IMG/VR virus record: IMGVR_UViG_3300050139_000095 | Span: 1 to 64,000 of that record | Source of the DNA: a virus | DNA length: 64,000 bases | Direction: 5' to 3' (one strand) | Part shown: piece after piece, positions 36,983-45,028 of the stretch | How the letters are laid out: every line of letters starts with the position of its first letter | Position numbering within the stretch: position 1 is the first letter of the stretch | Notes under the pieces: generated by a model | Told to the model about the DNA's origin: nothing | Database searches by the model: none | Seen by the model: the letters and a program-made list of their open reading frames with translations, nothing else | Program-made: the position numbers and the translations under genes

Positions 36983-38017
36983 ATGAACGTCTTGATTACG
37001 GGTTGTTCCGGCTTTGTCGGACGCCACGCCACCAGATACTTCAAAAAAATGGGCTTCAATGTTCTCGGTCTTGATTATGTCTATCAAGATGATCGGTCCA
37101 TGTTTTGGACAAGCAAAAATATGCCGACCAAAGAAGAGACCTTGGCTTGGCTCGAACACTTCGGTCTTGACGGATTTTTGAAGTACCGGCTCGGCACCTA
37201 TGAAAATCCTGAAGTCATGCAATCGGTGTTGGAGAAATGCCAGGGCGTCGAAGTGATCATTCATTTGGCCGCACAAAGCCATGTAGATAGATCGATCAAA
37301 GGGCCGCGCACCTTCATCGACGACAACGTGGGTGGAACCGTCGAGTTGTTCGAGATGGCGCGGGACATGCCCAACCTTCAGAAGATCATTCTATTTGGCA
37401 CTGACGAGACCGTGGCGTGCCTTAAAGAAGGATCTGCGGAAGAGAAACAGATCATGAACTGCGGATCTGTTTACAGCGCCAGCAAAGGTGCGCAGGAACT
37501 TTTGGCTCAGGCGTACATCAATACTCACAATCTTCCGATCACGACCACTCGCTCGGTGAATATTTTTGGTGCAGAACAGGCGGATGAGAAATTTATCCCG
37601 ACCGTGATCCGCAATGCGATTCAGAGTAAGGCCGTTCCGATATATGGAAACGGCTTCCAGTCTAGGCAGTGGACATCGGTGGAACACGTTTGCGACTTCC
37701 TTGGGTGGCTTTCAAACAACACGTTTGTTCCGCACGGCAATACCCTCCACATCACCGGCACGCCAGAAATCCCGAACATCATTCTCGCGCATACGATCTT
37801 GAGTTTGATGAATAAGCCGGACCTGATCGCTCACATTGAGGATCGCAAAGGGCACGACGTGCGATATTCGCTCGCTCGCGGAGAGGGCGCATTAGTATGG
37901 GATTCGCCAGTGTACAAGCACCAAGAGTGTTTTATGCAGGACCTCAAGAAAACAATCCATTGGTATGCCAACCACTATGGTCCGGACTATGAAGTGAAAA
38001 ATGTCAGATCGAAATAA
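36983..38017 (+). CDS. rfbB: dTDP-glucose 4,6-dehydratase-like NAD-dependent epimerase/dehydratase
   Basis: GCSGFVG Rossmann motif, HLAAQSHVDRS, the YSASKGAQE catalytic YxxxK, EKFIPTVIRN, and PIYGNGFQSRQWTSVEHVCD, as in RmlB/RfbB. Confidence 0.8.
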   Translation: MNVLITGCSGFVGRHATRYFKKMGFNVLGLDYVYQDDRSMFWTSKNMPTKEETLAWLEHFGLDGFLKYRLGTYENPEVMQSVLEKCQGVEVIIHLAAQSHVDRSIKGPRTFIDDNVGGTVELFEMARDMPNLQKIILFGTDETVACLKEGSAEEKQIMNCGSVYSASKGAQELLAQAYINTHNLPITTTRSVNIFGAEQADEKFIPTVIRNAIQSKAVPIYGNGFQSRQWTSVEHVCDFLGWLSNNTFVPHGNTLHITGTPEIPNIILAHTILSLMNKPDLIAHIEDRKGHDVRYSLARGEGALVWDSPVYKHQECFMQDLKKTIHWYANHYGPDYEVKNVRSK

Positions 38018-38029
38018 ACCCTTTTCCAC

Positions 38030-38398
38030 GTGGAACAATTTTCAATGCATTCGGAACATGAGTGTCTTAGTGATCAAAAAATTCGTCCAGGAACAAGGAG
38101 AGTTTGCAAGCTATGCAAAATGACTTACTCGCGAAAGTACAACAACGACGGTCGTTATTTTTTAAAGAACCATGCTCGCTACCAAGAGAAGAACAAAGGT
38201 TCGCAAATGGAAAAAGCGAGGTCCATGGTCATGATTGAAGTTCGCGCTAATCGGATGCCAAGTGCATCTAAATTTAAGTGCGTGGACTGCGGAGTAAATG
38301 CCACTTGTTACGACCATAGGGATTATCAATTTCCCTTCATGGTCGAGCCGGTGTGTGGAAGTTGTAACAAAAAACGCGGTCCAGGTTTGAACCGCTAA
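38030..38398 (+). CDS. HNH/His-Me-finger-like zinc protein
   Basis: CVDCGVNATCYDHRDYQFPFMVEPVCGSCN matches the phage HNH pattern C..CG......DH.DY..P..V..(L/V)C..C. The start is uncertain (GTG 38030 or ATG 38045). Confidence 0.5.
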   Translation: MEQFSMHSEHECLSDQKIRPGTRRVCKLCKMTYSRKYNNDGRYFLKNHARYQEKNKGSQMEKARSMVMIEVRANRMPSASKFKCVDCGVNATCYDHRDYQFPFMVEPVCGSCNKKRGPGLNR

Positions 38399-38413
38399 AA
38401 ACAGGGGGATGAA

Positions 38414-38806
38414 ATGGCTTTAGGCGAGAAGAAAGTATGGATGGGAGAAATGTTTTCCGCAGCTTCGGTTCGTCGGATGATGATCGGCACAGTTGAATCG
38501 ACCGATGCGCAAATTCAGGACGGAAAAGTTGTTTTGAGTTACGTCATGATGATGGATCTTGAGATTGCACCGCCTTCCGGTCGCGGCCAGCCGCCGACGA
38601 ATCGTTGGGGCATGACTCCCGATCCTGGACTTTTCAGCGCAACGCCAAGCGAGCCGGTTAATTCGGGGATGTTTTTGATCACCAAATTTCTAGATCCGGT
38701 TGAAGACAAAGGATTGATTTCACAATACCAGGCAATGACTCAAGAGATTCGCACGGCAAAATCAGGTCTCGTTACGCCGAAGTCTCCGATCATGCCAGGT
38801 CGATAA
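38414..38806 (+). CDS. Hypothetical protein
   Basis: GGGGGA SD; 130 aa. No family recognised. Confidence 0.6.
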   Translation: MALGEKKVWMGEMFSAASVRRMMIGTVESTDAQIQDGKVVLSYVMMMDLEIAPPSGRGQPPTNRWGMTPDPGLFSATPSEPVNSGMFLITKFLDPVEDKGLISQYQAMTQEIRTAKSGLVTPKSPIMPGR

Positions 38807-38857
38807 ACAGCATAGTGCGCGGGGACTTTGTTCCCTGCGCTTCACCTTGGGGGAAGC

Positions 38858-39046
38858 ATGAGCGCCGAAGAAATTGTACTTACGAAACAGGTGGAAGATA
38901 ACAAGTCCGATATTGTTTATATTCGCATTCCTGCGTATTTGAAAAAGTTCGTTGATCAAGTCGCGAAGGATCTTGGCGTTAAGCGTTCTGAAGCCATTCG
39001 CCGTTTGCTCGAATACGTCCGAGACAAAGGTGTGAAGATCGAATGA
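38858..39046 (+). CDS. Ribbon-helix-helix (CopG-like) protein
   Basis: ATG at 38858 after GGGGGAAG. IVYIRIPAYLKKFVDQVAKDLGVKRSEAIRRLLEYV is a classic RHH pattern. Confidence 0.65.
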   Translation: MSAEEIVLTKQVEDNKSDIVYIRIPAYLKKFVDQVAKDLGVKRSEAIRRLLEYVRDKGVKIE

Positions 39047-39099
39047 AAGTTTGTCCGTTAACCCAAGCCTGATACCATTTACAAGAGGGGCAATGGCGC

Positions 39100-39113
39100 T
39101 CCAATTGATTGGA
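39100..39113. repeat. Copy 3 of palindrome family (TCCAAT-TG-ATTGGA; 6+6 arms)
   Basis: Read directly. Intergenic, 7 nt upstream of the ATG at 39121, overlapping its GGAAGAGG SD. Confidence 0.85.
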
Positions 39114-39120
39114 AGAGGCG

Positions 39121-39453
39121 ATGAACCGGGTGAACACGGACGTAAAACTCGATCCAGATTTCGGCAAAATAGTGCCGCCTGTTGATTCGATTTACACGGT
39201 CGAGGTTAAGCCCACCGTTCGCAAGCCGTACAAATTTATTTTGCTCATGCCCATCGTCAATGCCGAGAATGAAGAAGAGGCTTTGCAACACGCTCTGGCA
39301 ATTCTCCTCGACAACGATGATGATTTCACGGTGAAGGAATTTCCGCCTGACACTTACAAGAGCGTAAACAAGGGGACTATCGTTGCGAGTTTTGAACCAG
39401 ATTGCCCCGATAGCTTCATTTGGCTTTGTCCACCGTGGCACTTGAGGAACTGA
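39121..39453 (+). CDS. Hypothetical protein
   Basis: ATG at 39121 after GGAAGAGG (the track start 39109 is a TTG inside the palindrome). 110 aa. Confidence 0.6.
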   Translation: MNRVNTDVKLDPDFGKIVPPVDSIYTVEVKPTVRKPYKFILLMPIVNAENEEEALQHALAILLDNDDDFTVKEFPPDTYKSVNKGTIVASFEPDCPDSFIWLCPPWHLRN

Positions 39454-39998
39454 TGAAAGAGGCCGTAAAACTTCTCGAAGACATCACCATGCGCGAGCCT
39501 GGGCCATTAACCTTGGCCGCAATCATACCGATGCAGCGCCAGCGCACCTTGACCATGACCTATTTGCGCGTGATCGACGGCCAGTGTGCTTGGTGCAATA
39601 AGGTTCCGCTTTTGAGCAAACGAAAAAAGTATTGCGATTCGGACTGCAAAAATTCGGCGTTCTTCTATTGCTACCCTCAGTCGCCATCGTCAAAGATGTG
39701 GGTATTTATCAATCGGCAAAATTGCGCGTGCCCACTCTGCGGCGAGTGCTTTGACGATGAATTGGCGGCCAAGATCCTTTTGACTCGGAAGCGTTGGGAT
39801 GAAGGTGTTAAGAACGGATACAAGTGGATGGCTGGAAAAGTTTCATACCACTCTATCGGCGACAACACTGGAGACCAATGGCAAGTGGACCACATAATCC
39901 CCTTGCATCGCGGCGGCGATGGGATAGGACTAAATAACATTCAGGTGGTTTGCAAAGCTTGCCACCAACGGAAGACCACAAGCGAACGAGTTTATTAA
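39453..39998 (+). CDS. HNH endonuclease
   Basis: TGATG overlap with the upstream stop and a GAGGAA SD. Multiple CxxC pairs and the motif QVDHIIPLHRGGDGIGLNNIQVVCKACHQRKT. Confidence 0.85.
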   Translation: MKEAVKLLEDITMREPGPLTLAAIIPMQRQRTLTMTYLRVIDGQCAWCNKVPLLSKRKKYCDSDCKNSAFFYCYPQSPSSKMWVFINRQNCACPLCGECFDDELAAKILLTRKRWDEGVKNGYKWMAGKVSYHSIGDNTGDQWQVDHIIPLHRGGDGIGLNNIQVVCKACHQRKTTSERVY

Positions 39999-40014
39999 AG
40001 GGGTTGTTATGAAG
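39997..40014 (+). repeat. 18-nt direct repeat, left copy (AAAGGGGTTGTTATGAAG)
   Basis: Identical 18-mer, including SD and ATG, recurs at 42490-42507. Confidence 0.9.
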
Positions 40015-40185
40015 GGAAGAAGTTTGGCCGAGAGAATGGAATCTCTGACCGTGTTGTTGGATGACATCATTGATTCAGACGAGTGTTCAACGCAAGAGGC
40101 GCTGGATATTATGGAAGAGGCTCAGAGCGAAGTCGAAAGCCGCATTGACGGATTGAAATCTGATCTTGAAGCCCAACAGGGATGA
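40009..40185 (+). CDS. Small acidic hypothetical protein (58 aa, below ORF-track cutoff)
   Basis: My translation: MKGRSLAERMESLTVLLDDIIDSDECSTQEALDIMEEAQSEVESRIDGLKSDLEAQQG. AAAGGGG SD and an ATGA overlap with the next gene. Confidence 0.45.
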   Translation: MKGRSLAERMESLTVLLDDIIDSDECSTQEALDIMEEAQSEVESRIDGLKSDLEAQQG

Positions 40186-40535
40186 TGTTCCCGAAGCCTG
40201 GCAAAAAGCCAAAGCAAAAAAGAGTCCGTGAGCGCGACGAAAAATATCTTCGTTGGATTCACGGATTCAATTGCATTGTCCCGACCTGCGGGTACTGGCC
40301 AGTTCACGCGCACCATGTGGATAAGAAGTCACGCCTTGGCGCTGATCGGTCATGTCTACCTATCTGCGCTCAACATCACATCGGCGGCATTCACACCAGA
40401 GGCGAAGACACCTGCGAAAAAGAATGGGGAATAGATTACTGGGAACTCGTGATCCAGTTCAACAATCTCTATGATGTCGGTGAGGTCGGGCCGCATGACC
40501 ACGAAGTGCCGAATAAAACTTTCAGGTCTTCTTAG
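40182..40535 (+). CDS. Cys/His-rich nuclease-like protein (DUF968/HNH-like, tentative)
   Basis: YLRWIHGFNCIVPTCG...VHAHHV...CLPICAQHHIGGIH resembles the YL.W....C..C....HH...PLC..HH pattern of phage HNH-like proteins. Confidence 0.5.
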   Translation: MMFPKPGKKPKQKRVRERDEKYLRWIHGFNCIVPTCGYWPVHAHHVDKKSRLGADRSCLPICAQHHIGGIHTRGEDTCEKEWGIDYWELVIQFNNLYDVGEVGPHDHEVPNKTFRSS

Positions 40536-40770
40536 GACCTTTCCCCAAAATCAAATCGCCAAGGAAATTGAATTGCCCTTCCTTGAGATCGTTTTTCTTT
40601 TCGCTCTCGCGCAAGAATCTAGTCAGGCCCTCTTCTCCGAACTGTTTGTGGATCTCTTTAGCTTGGCCAAGTAATTCAATCAGGCCAACGTCAGCGTGCG
40701 TGACGTTGATGCCTGACGGTATTTTAAACTGGATCTTGGTAGATCCTTTGACGCGCTTCCAGAGTGTCAT
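40522..40770 (-). CDS. Hypothetical protein (last gene of minus-strand operon)
   Basis: 82 aa with an ATGA overlap with the upstream minus-strand gene. Converges on, and overlaps by 14 nt, the plus-strand gene ending at 40535. Confidence 0.55.
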   Translation of the reverse strand: MTLWKRVKGSTKIQFKIPSGINVTHADVGLIELLGQAKEIHKQFGEEGLTRFLRESEKKNDLKEGQFNFLGDLILGKGPKKT

Positions 40771-41027
40771 TCGTCAGCCCCAATAACATAACCGATGTCG
40801 CCACCAGGAGAAAATTCAGGAATGGTTTTGCGTGCGTGATTCGCAAGCTGTTCAGCCTGTGAGCCAGTAATTTCAACCAAGAATCGGCCTTGGTTGCCAC
40901 TGTATTTTTCTCGGTAGATAAACCACAAATCAGCACCGGCATCACCGAAGATTTCTTTGAACCGGCTTTCGCTGGAGCAATATAAAATCCTGAGCATTTC
41001 CTGGGCTAAACGACCAATGTTTAACAT
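40767..41027 (-). CDS. Hypothetical protein (minus-strand operon)
   Basis: 86 aa with a 7-nt ATGTTAA overlap with the PAPS-reductase-like gene. Confidence 0.55.
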   Translation of the reverse strand: MLNIGRLAQEMLRILYCSSESRFKEIFGDAGADLWFIYREKYSGNQGRFLVEITGSQAEQLANHARKTIPEFSPGGDIGYVIGADE

Positions 41028-41815
41028 GACGCTTTCTCCTTTTTTAAAATGTCTGCGATAGTTAGTTTTTGTTCTTCGCGAGTCTTAGTGGCTGGCTTGT
41101 AGCGGAACGTGTGCTTGATTTTTGATTCAGCTTCGACGTACTTAGCAACGATCTCTGGAGCGTGTTTAGCGGCCAAGGCGATCTCGTGGTTGCTTGAGAA
41201 AATGCAAATGGCGCACGATGCGCGGCTCACTCCCCATGCGTAGCAGGGATGTTTGGGGATGCCATTGGCTTCGATGATGGCCCACACTTCTTTTTCAGTG
41301 AGATCGAGGATGGGCGAGAACTTAACGACGGTGCGACCAACTTTTGAATTGTTCTCATCGGGACGCCATGCCTCAAGCTTTGAACGCTGTGAACTCTCTT
41401 CGCGGCGTTCACCGATCAAGACCAACACTTTGCCTTCGAGGGAGCGCACAAACTTGTCTATGGGGCCGACCTTGAGGCGTGATGTACACCAACGGTTTCC
41501 CATGTCGGGAAACTGATTCTCTTTAGCCTCGCCGGTCTTGCGATCCATGCGTGGGCTATTAAGGATCGACAGGAAGCCAAGCGGTGCGCCCTTCTTGTCC
41601 ACAGCTTCAACGATGTGAAGCGGAAGATCGAAATGCTTGCACTGTGCCTCAACCACCGGCACGGTCTCTTTCCAGTCGATGTCAATCTTGGCGTGAACAC
41701 ACACCAATTTTTCCTTGGGGAAATTATCAATCGCGTACTGCATCAGAGCGGCGGAATCTTTGCCGCCCGACACAGAGATCACGACATGATCTGGAGAGAA
41801 CTTTTTGGCGTTCAT
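41021..41815 (-). CDS. PAPS-reductase-family PP-loop ATP pyrophosphatase (DndC/IbrA-like)
   Basis: PP-loop VSGGKDSAA, RWCTSRLKVGPI and GERREESSQRS are hallmarks of the phosphoadenosine phosphosulfate reductase family. Confidence 0.85.
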   Translation of the reverse strand: MNAKKFSPDHVVISVSGGKDSAALMQYAIDNFPKEKLVCVHAKIDIDWKETVPVVEAQCKHFDLPLHIVEAVDKKGAPLGFLSILNSPRMDRKTGEAKENQFPDMGNRWCTSRLKVGPIDKFVRSLEGKVLVLIGERREESSQRSKLEAWRPDENNSKVGRTVVKFSPILDLTEKEVWAIIEANGIPKHPCYAWGVSRASCAICIFSSNHEIALAAKHAPEIVAKYVEAESKIKHTFRYKPATKTREEQKLTIADILKKEKASC

Positions 41816-42297
41816 TATTGCTTCACCAATCCCAAAACTTTCGGTGTCGTGTCAGCGGTGTTGCCATTGTCGTCAAAGTCAACGGACAGAGTTGGCGTAG
41901 TGGTCGAAAGATCACCGGACACGATGTAGGTGTTGGTGCCATTGGGATCAACGAAGGCTTGCGAAAAAGTCGTTGTGCCGGGAGCCACATAAAAATAAAT
42001 CGGCCACGGACTATTGGTGCCATTGATCGCGGTAGCCATGACCGAAATTTCTCCACCACCGTCTCCAAATGAAACGACCTGAGCATAGGGAACGTATCCT
42101 TTTGATGCGTCACCGAAATTGGCCGCTCCACCAATGCTGTCGCTGACATCGCTGTAGTTCCAGATGGAAAGCGTGGGGCTAGTGCTGGGCTGGTCGATAA
42201 CCGACGTTTTACCGTCAGCACCGTTCTTGCCGGAACTGCATCCTACGAACAAACAAATAGAGATCAAGGCCGAGAGTACGTGCATTAAGGTCTTCAT
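41815..42297 (-). CDS. Lipoprotein (first gene of minus-strand operon)
   Basis: AAGGAG SD on the minus strand. MKTLMHVLSALISICLFVGC|SSG has a lipobox. TAATG overlap with the next gene. Confidence 0.75.
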   Translation of the reverse strand: MKTLMHVLSALISICLFVGCSSGKNGADGKTSVIDQPSTSPTLSIWNYSDVSDSIGGAANFGDASKGYVPYAQVVSFGDGGGEISVMATAINGTNSPWPIYFYVAPGTTTFSQAFVDPNGTNTYIVSGDLSTTTPTLSVDFDDNGNTADTTPKVLGLVKQ

Positions 42298-42358
42298 TTT
42301 TAGCTCCTTTGGTTAACTCACACAACACTCTTCGGCAGGTGCTTTATAAAACTTTAGT

Positions 42359-42375
42359 AATATCAATTTGATATT
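42359..42375. promoter_or_regulatory. 17-bp palindrome AATATCAA-T-TTGATATT in divergent promoter region
   Basis: Read directly. Lies in the 204-nt AT-rich gap between the divergent operons (42297 minus-strand start, 42502 plus-strand start). Confidence 0.6.
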
Positions 42376-42489
42376 GCAAAAAATACACGTTAATTCGATG
42401 GCTTAGATCGTCCCAAATGATTACAAAAGTAATCTTTAATTTTCAATTGGAACACCGATTTGCTATACTGATTGAGTTGATTGGTATAA

Positions 42490-42507
42490 AAAGGGGTTGT
42501 TATGAAG
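42490..42507 (+). repeat. 18-nt direct repeat, right copy (AAAGGGGTTGTTATGAAG)
   Basis: Identical to 39997-40014. Provides the SD and ATG of the gene at 42502. Confidence 0.9.
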
Positions 42508-42894
42508 TCGATTAAGTCAGCAATTTGGATCGAAGTACCCAGGTTCCAGTTCCGCAAGGTGAAGACGCCTTACCCGGCGCACCGCTTGCTGGCGCATTTA
42601 ATGATAGAGAATGAGAGCTATCAAAAATGGACCATGGTTCATGGCTTCATCTTTAAGAAGATCGGCAAAAAAACTTTTTATCGCCACTACGCTTGGCTTG
42701 AAAAGCGCGGCAAGGTCTTCGACATTGGCACCAAGATGATGGTTGAGAAGAAGGCGTTCTATGGAAAGTACAAGCCGGAAGCGATGCTGACTTACAGTTA
42801 CTCAGAGGTTTGCGAGAATATGCGTTTTTATCGCCGGTATGGAAATTGGATTGAAGGCACTGGCATTTGGCCAGCCGCCACCAACTGGGAATAA
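42502..42894 (+). CDS. Hypothetical protein
   Basis: AAAGGGG SD; 130 aa, basic and aromatic-rich. No family recognised. Confidence 0.6.
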   Translation: MKSIKSAIWIEVPRFQFRKVKTPYPAHRLLAHLMIENESYQKWTMVHGFIFKKIGKKTFYRHYAWLEKRGKVFDIGTKMMVEKKAFYGKYKPEAMLTYSYSEVCENMRFYRRYGNWIEGTGIWPAATNWE

Positions 42895-42908
42895 ACAAAG
42901 GAGATTTT

Positions 42909-43115
42909 ATGGCCAAATCAATTTGGGCTTCGCATCCACAGCTTCCACCTGACGACAGGATCATAAAGTCTGGTGAGGCCACTATCAATGGCATACCGTT
43001 GTCCAAATATAAATTTAAGAACGAGGCGTTGATGACGCCTGAACAAATTGAATCTGTCGAGCAAGAGACTTCAGAAATGAACAAAATCAAAGATGAAACC
43101 AAGGGGGTTGAATAA
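42909..43115 (+). CDS. Hypothetical protein
   Basis: ATG at 42909 after GGAG (the track ORF opens at 42867 inside the upstream gene). 68 aa. Confidence 0.5.
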   Translation: MAKSIWASHPQLPPDDRIIKSGEATINGIPLSKYKFKNEALMTPEQIESVEQETSEMNKIKDETKGVE

Positions 43116-43576
43116 TGAAAAATATAACTGTTACCGCTTTTGTTCTGGCTACAATTTTTGTGTTCTCGGCATTTGCGAATGCTGACGATTATGATGATCA
43201 AGCGAAAGCCGAAGACCAGGCGGAAGCCGCAAGGCAAGCCGCTGACAAGCCAGAGGGCGAAGATCAATTCAAGTGTCCAGCCGGACATGTCGAGATGAGC
43301 ACTACTTTTTCCGTTCAGGAAGATGGCGAAGATGTGCAAAGGTTCGCGCTGTTTTGCCAATCTGAAAAGACTGTGGAGCGCGTAAAGCCGTCATCGGCAG
43401 AGACTGGCGGCGGCCATAGAGTGGTAAATAAAGCCACTCACGTTGTGCGCAACATTGCCAATGCAGATGGTCCAGTTTGGGTTTGGGACAACGAACCAAT
43501 GTCGAATACTTACAATAAGATAGTTTCAAAATCGGTATACAGTAATGGTGTTCAGGAGGAACCGAACAAAAAGTAA
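43115..43576 (+). CDS. Secreted hypothetical protein
   Basis: AGGGGG SD and a TAATG overlap. Signal peptide MKNITVTAFVLATIFVFSAFA|NA, followed by an acidic region. Confidence 0.65.
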   Translation: MKNITVTAFVLATIFVFSAFANADDYDDQAKAEDQAEAARQAADKPEGEDQFKCPAGHVEMSTTFSVQEDGEDVQRFALFCQSEKTVERVKPSSAETGGGHRVVNKATHVVRNIANADGPVWVWDNEPMSNTYNKIVSKSVYSNGVQEEPNKK

Positions 43577-43579
43577 AGA

Positions 43580-43729
43580 CTACTTCTTCGGTGGATCGTT
43601 TGGTTTTGTAATTTGAATCGAATTGCCACACGATCTGCATTTTAACCAACCGAGTTTTTTGAGCATGGGATCGCGATGTTCTTCCATCCATCCCATGCAA
43701 ACACTACAGATTTTGTGTCTCAAGGTCAT
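43580..43729 (-). CDS. Possible 49-aa zinc-ribbon protein (below ORF-track cutoff)
   Basis: My translation: MTLRHKICSVCMGWMEEHRDPMLKKLGWLKCRSCGNSIQITKPNDPPKK (CxxC-19-CxxC). It has no clear SD and lies in an otherwise empty 223-nt gap. Confidence 0.3.
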   Translation of the reverse strand: MTLRHKICSVCMGWMEEHRDPMLKKLGWLKCRSCGNSIQITKPNDPPKK

Positions 43730-43799
43730 AAAACTAGCCTATCACAAAACAAAAGATCATCTATGCTTTAGGGCGTACACCTAGACTTAGGGGGATTTT

Positions 43800-44960
43800 T
43801 TGGCTGATAAAAAAACTCCGAGCGACAAGCCACCAAAGCTTTCGCAGTCAGAACGCGCAGTAATTTCAGAGCGAGAAAAAAAGTTCAATCCCGATGCGAC
43901 GGCTGACAATTGCATCGACGATCTACGCGCAGTTCAAAAAAGAAATCCGCTCAAGCACATCACCAGGAATTTCTATCGTATCCATGGTCAATATTCCGAT
44001 GCCACCTTCAGCCAGTTCTTTGGAACATTTCTTGAGTTCAGACGGCAAGCCGGATTAGAACTTTCACGCGATCAGCATTCACTAGAAAGAAAAATAGCAA
44101 AGCACGCATCGCTTGATGTGTACCGGGATTTTTACACAAGCGAAGTTCTGCCGTACCACTGCAAATATATTCTCGATACCAAAGACAATCGTTGGAAAAC
44201 GATCTTGGTTGGATCTGACTTCCACGATGAAGAAGTCGATGTGTTCGTGTTGTCGGTGTTCATTGATGTGGCTCATCGCCTTCAGCCGGACATTATTGTG
44301 CTCAACGGCGACGTTTTCGATCTATATGAGTTCAGCCGCTTTGATCAAGATCCACGGCAGATCGACATCAAGTCGCGCTTCAATTACGTGAAGACGCACA
44401 TCTTCGGCGCACTTCGCAGGGCTTGTCCGAATGCGCAGATTGATTTGATCGCAGGGAACCACGAAGCGCGACTATTGAAAGTGTTGGCAAACAAAACTCC
44501 TGCAATGAAAGTTTTGTTGTCCGATGTGATGGGACTGACACTGGCAGATTGTTTTGGACTCGATGAGTTCGGGATCAATCTGATTTGCAAGCTTGATCTC
44601 GCGGCCTTTTCTAATCCTGACATCCAGGACGAAGTGAAGGAAAATTTCAACGTCTACTACAAATCGTTCGTCGCTTCGCACTTTAAGAATTTGAACTTCG
44701 GGATCTCTGGAACTAGCGGCCACACGCACCGGCCAGAGACTGTCACATTCGCGAATATCCCAATGGGGAAATTAACTTGGACCACCACGGGATCTATGGC
44801 GCAAACGCGCATGGAGTACACCGAAGGGATGGATAATGCGCTAAACTCATTCTTGATTGCGCACGTTGACACCGTTAGCTGTTCAATGTCGCCGGAGCAC
44901 TTGATCATCCCGAAAGACCATGTGGTGGTTCACGGCAAAAGATACTCGCGCAACAAGTAA
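43800..44960 (+). CDS. Metallophosphoesterase (calcineurin-like) with N-terminal extension
   Basis: TTG start after GGGGGA. Motifs VGSDFHDEE, LNGDVFDLY, AGNHEARL, SGHTHRPE. Confidence 0.8.
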   Translation: MADKKTPSDKPPKLSQSERAVISEREKKFNPDATADNCIDDLRAVQKRNPLKHITRNFYRIHGQYSDATFSQFFGTFLEFRRQAGLELSRDQHSLERKIAKHASLDVYRDFYTSEVLPYHCKYILDTKDNRWKTILVGSDFHDEEVDVFVLSVFIDVAHRLQPDIIVLNGDVFDLYEFSRFDQDPRQIDIKSRFNYVKTHIFGALRRACPNAQIDLIAGNHEARLLKVLANKTPAMKVLLSDVMGLTLADCFGLDEFGINLICKLDLAAFSNPDIQDEVKENFNVYYKSFVASHFKNLNFGISGTSGHTHRPETVTFANIPMGKLTWTTTGSMAQTRMEYTEGMDNALNSFLIAHVDTVSCSMSPEHLIIPKDHVVVHGKRYSRNK

Positions 44961-45028
44961 TTGGTTGCCAGTGCTGAAGATCCACCAGATGATCTTGAAG
45001 TTGAAAAACTCCAAAATTGAGAGCGTTT

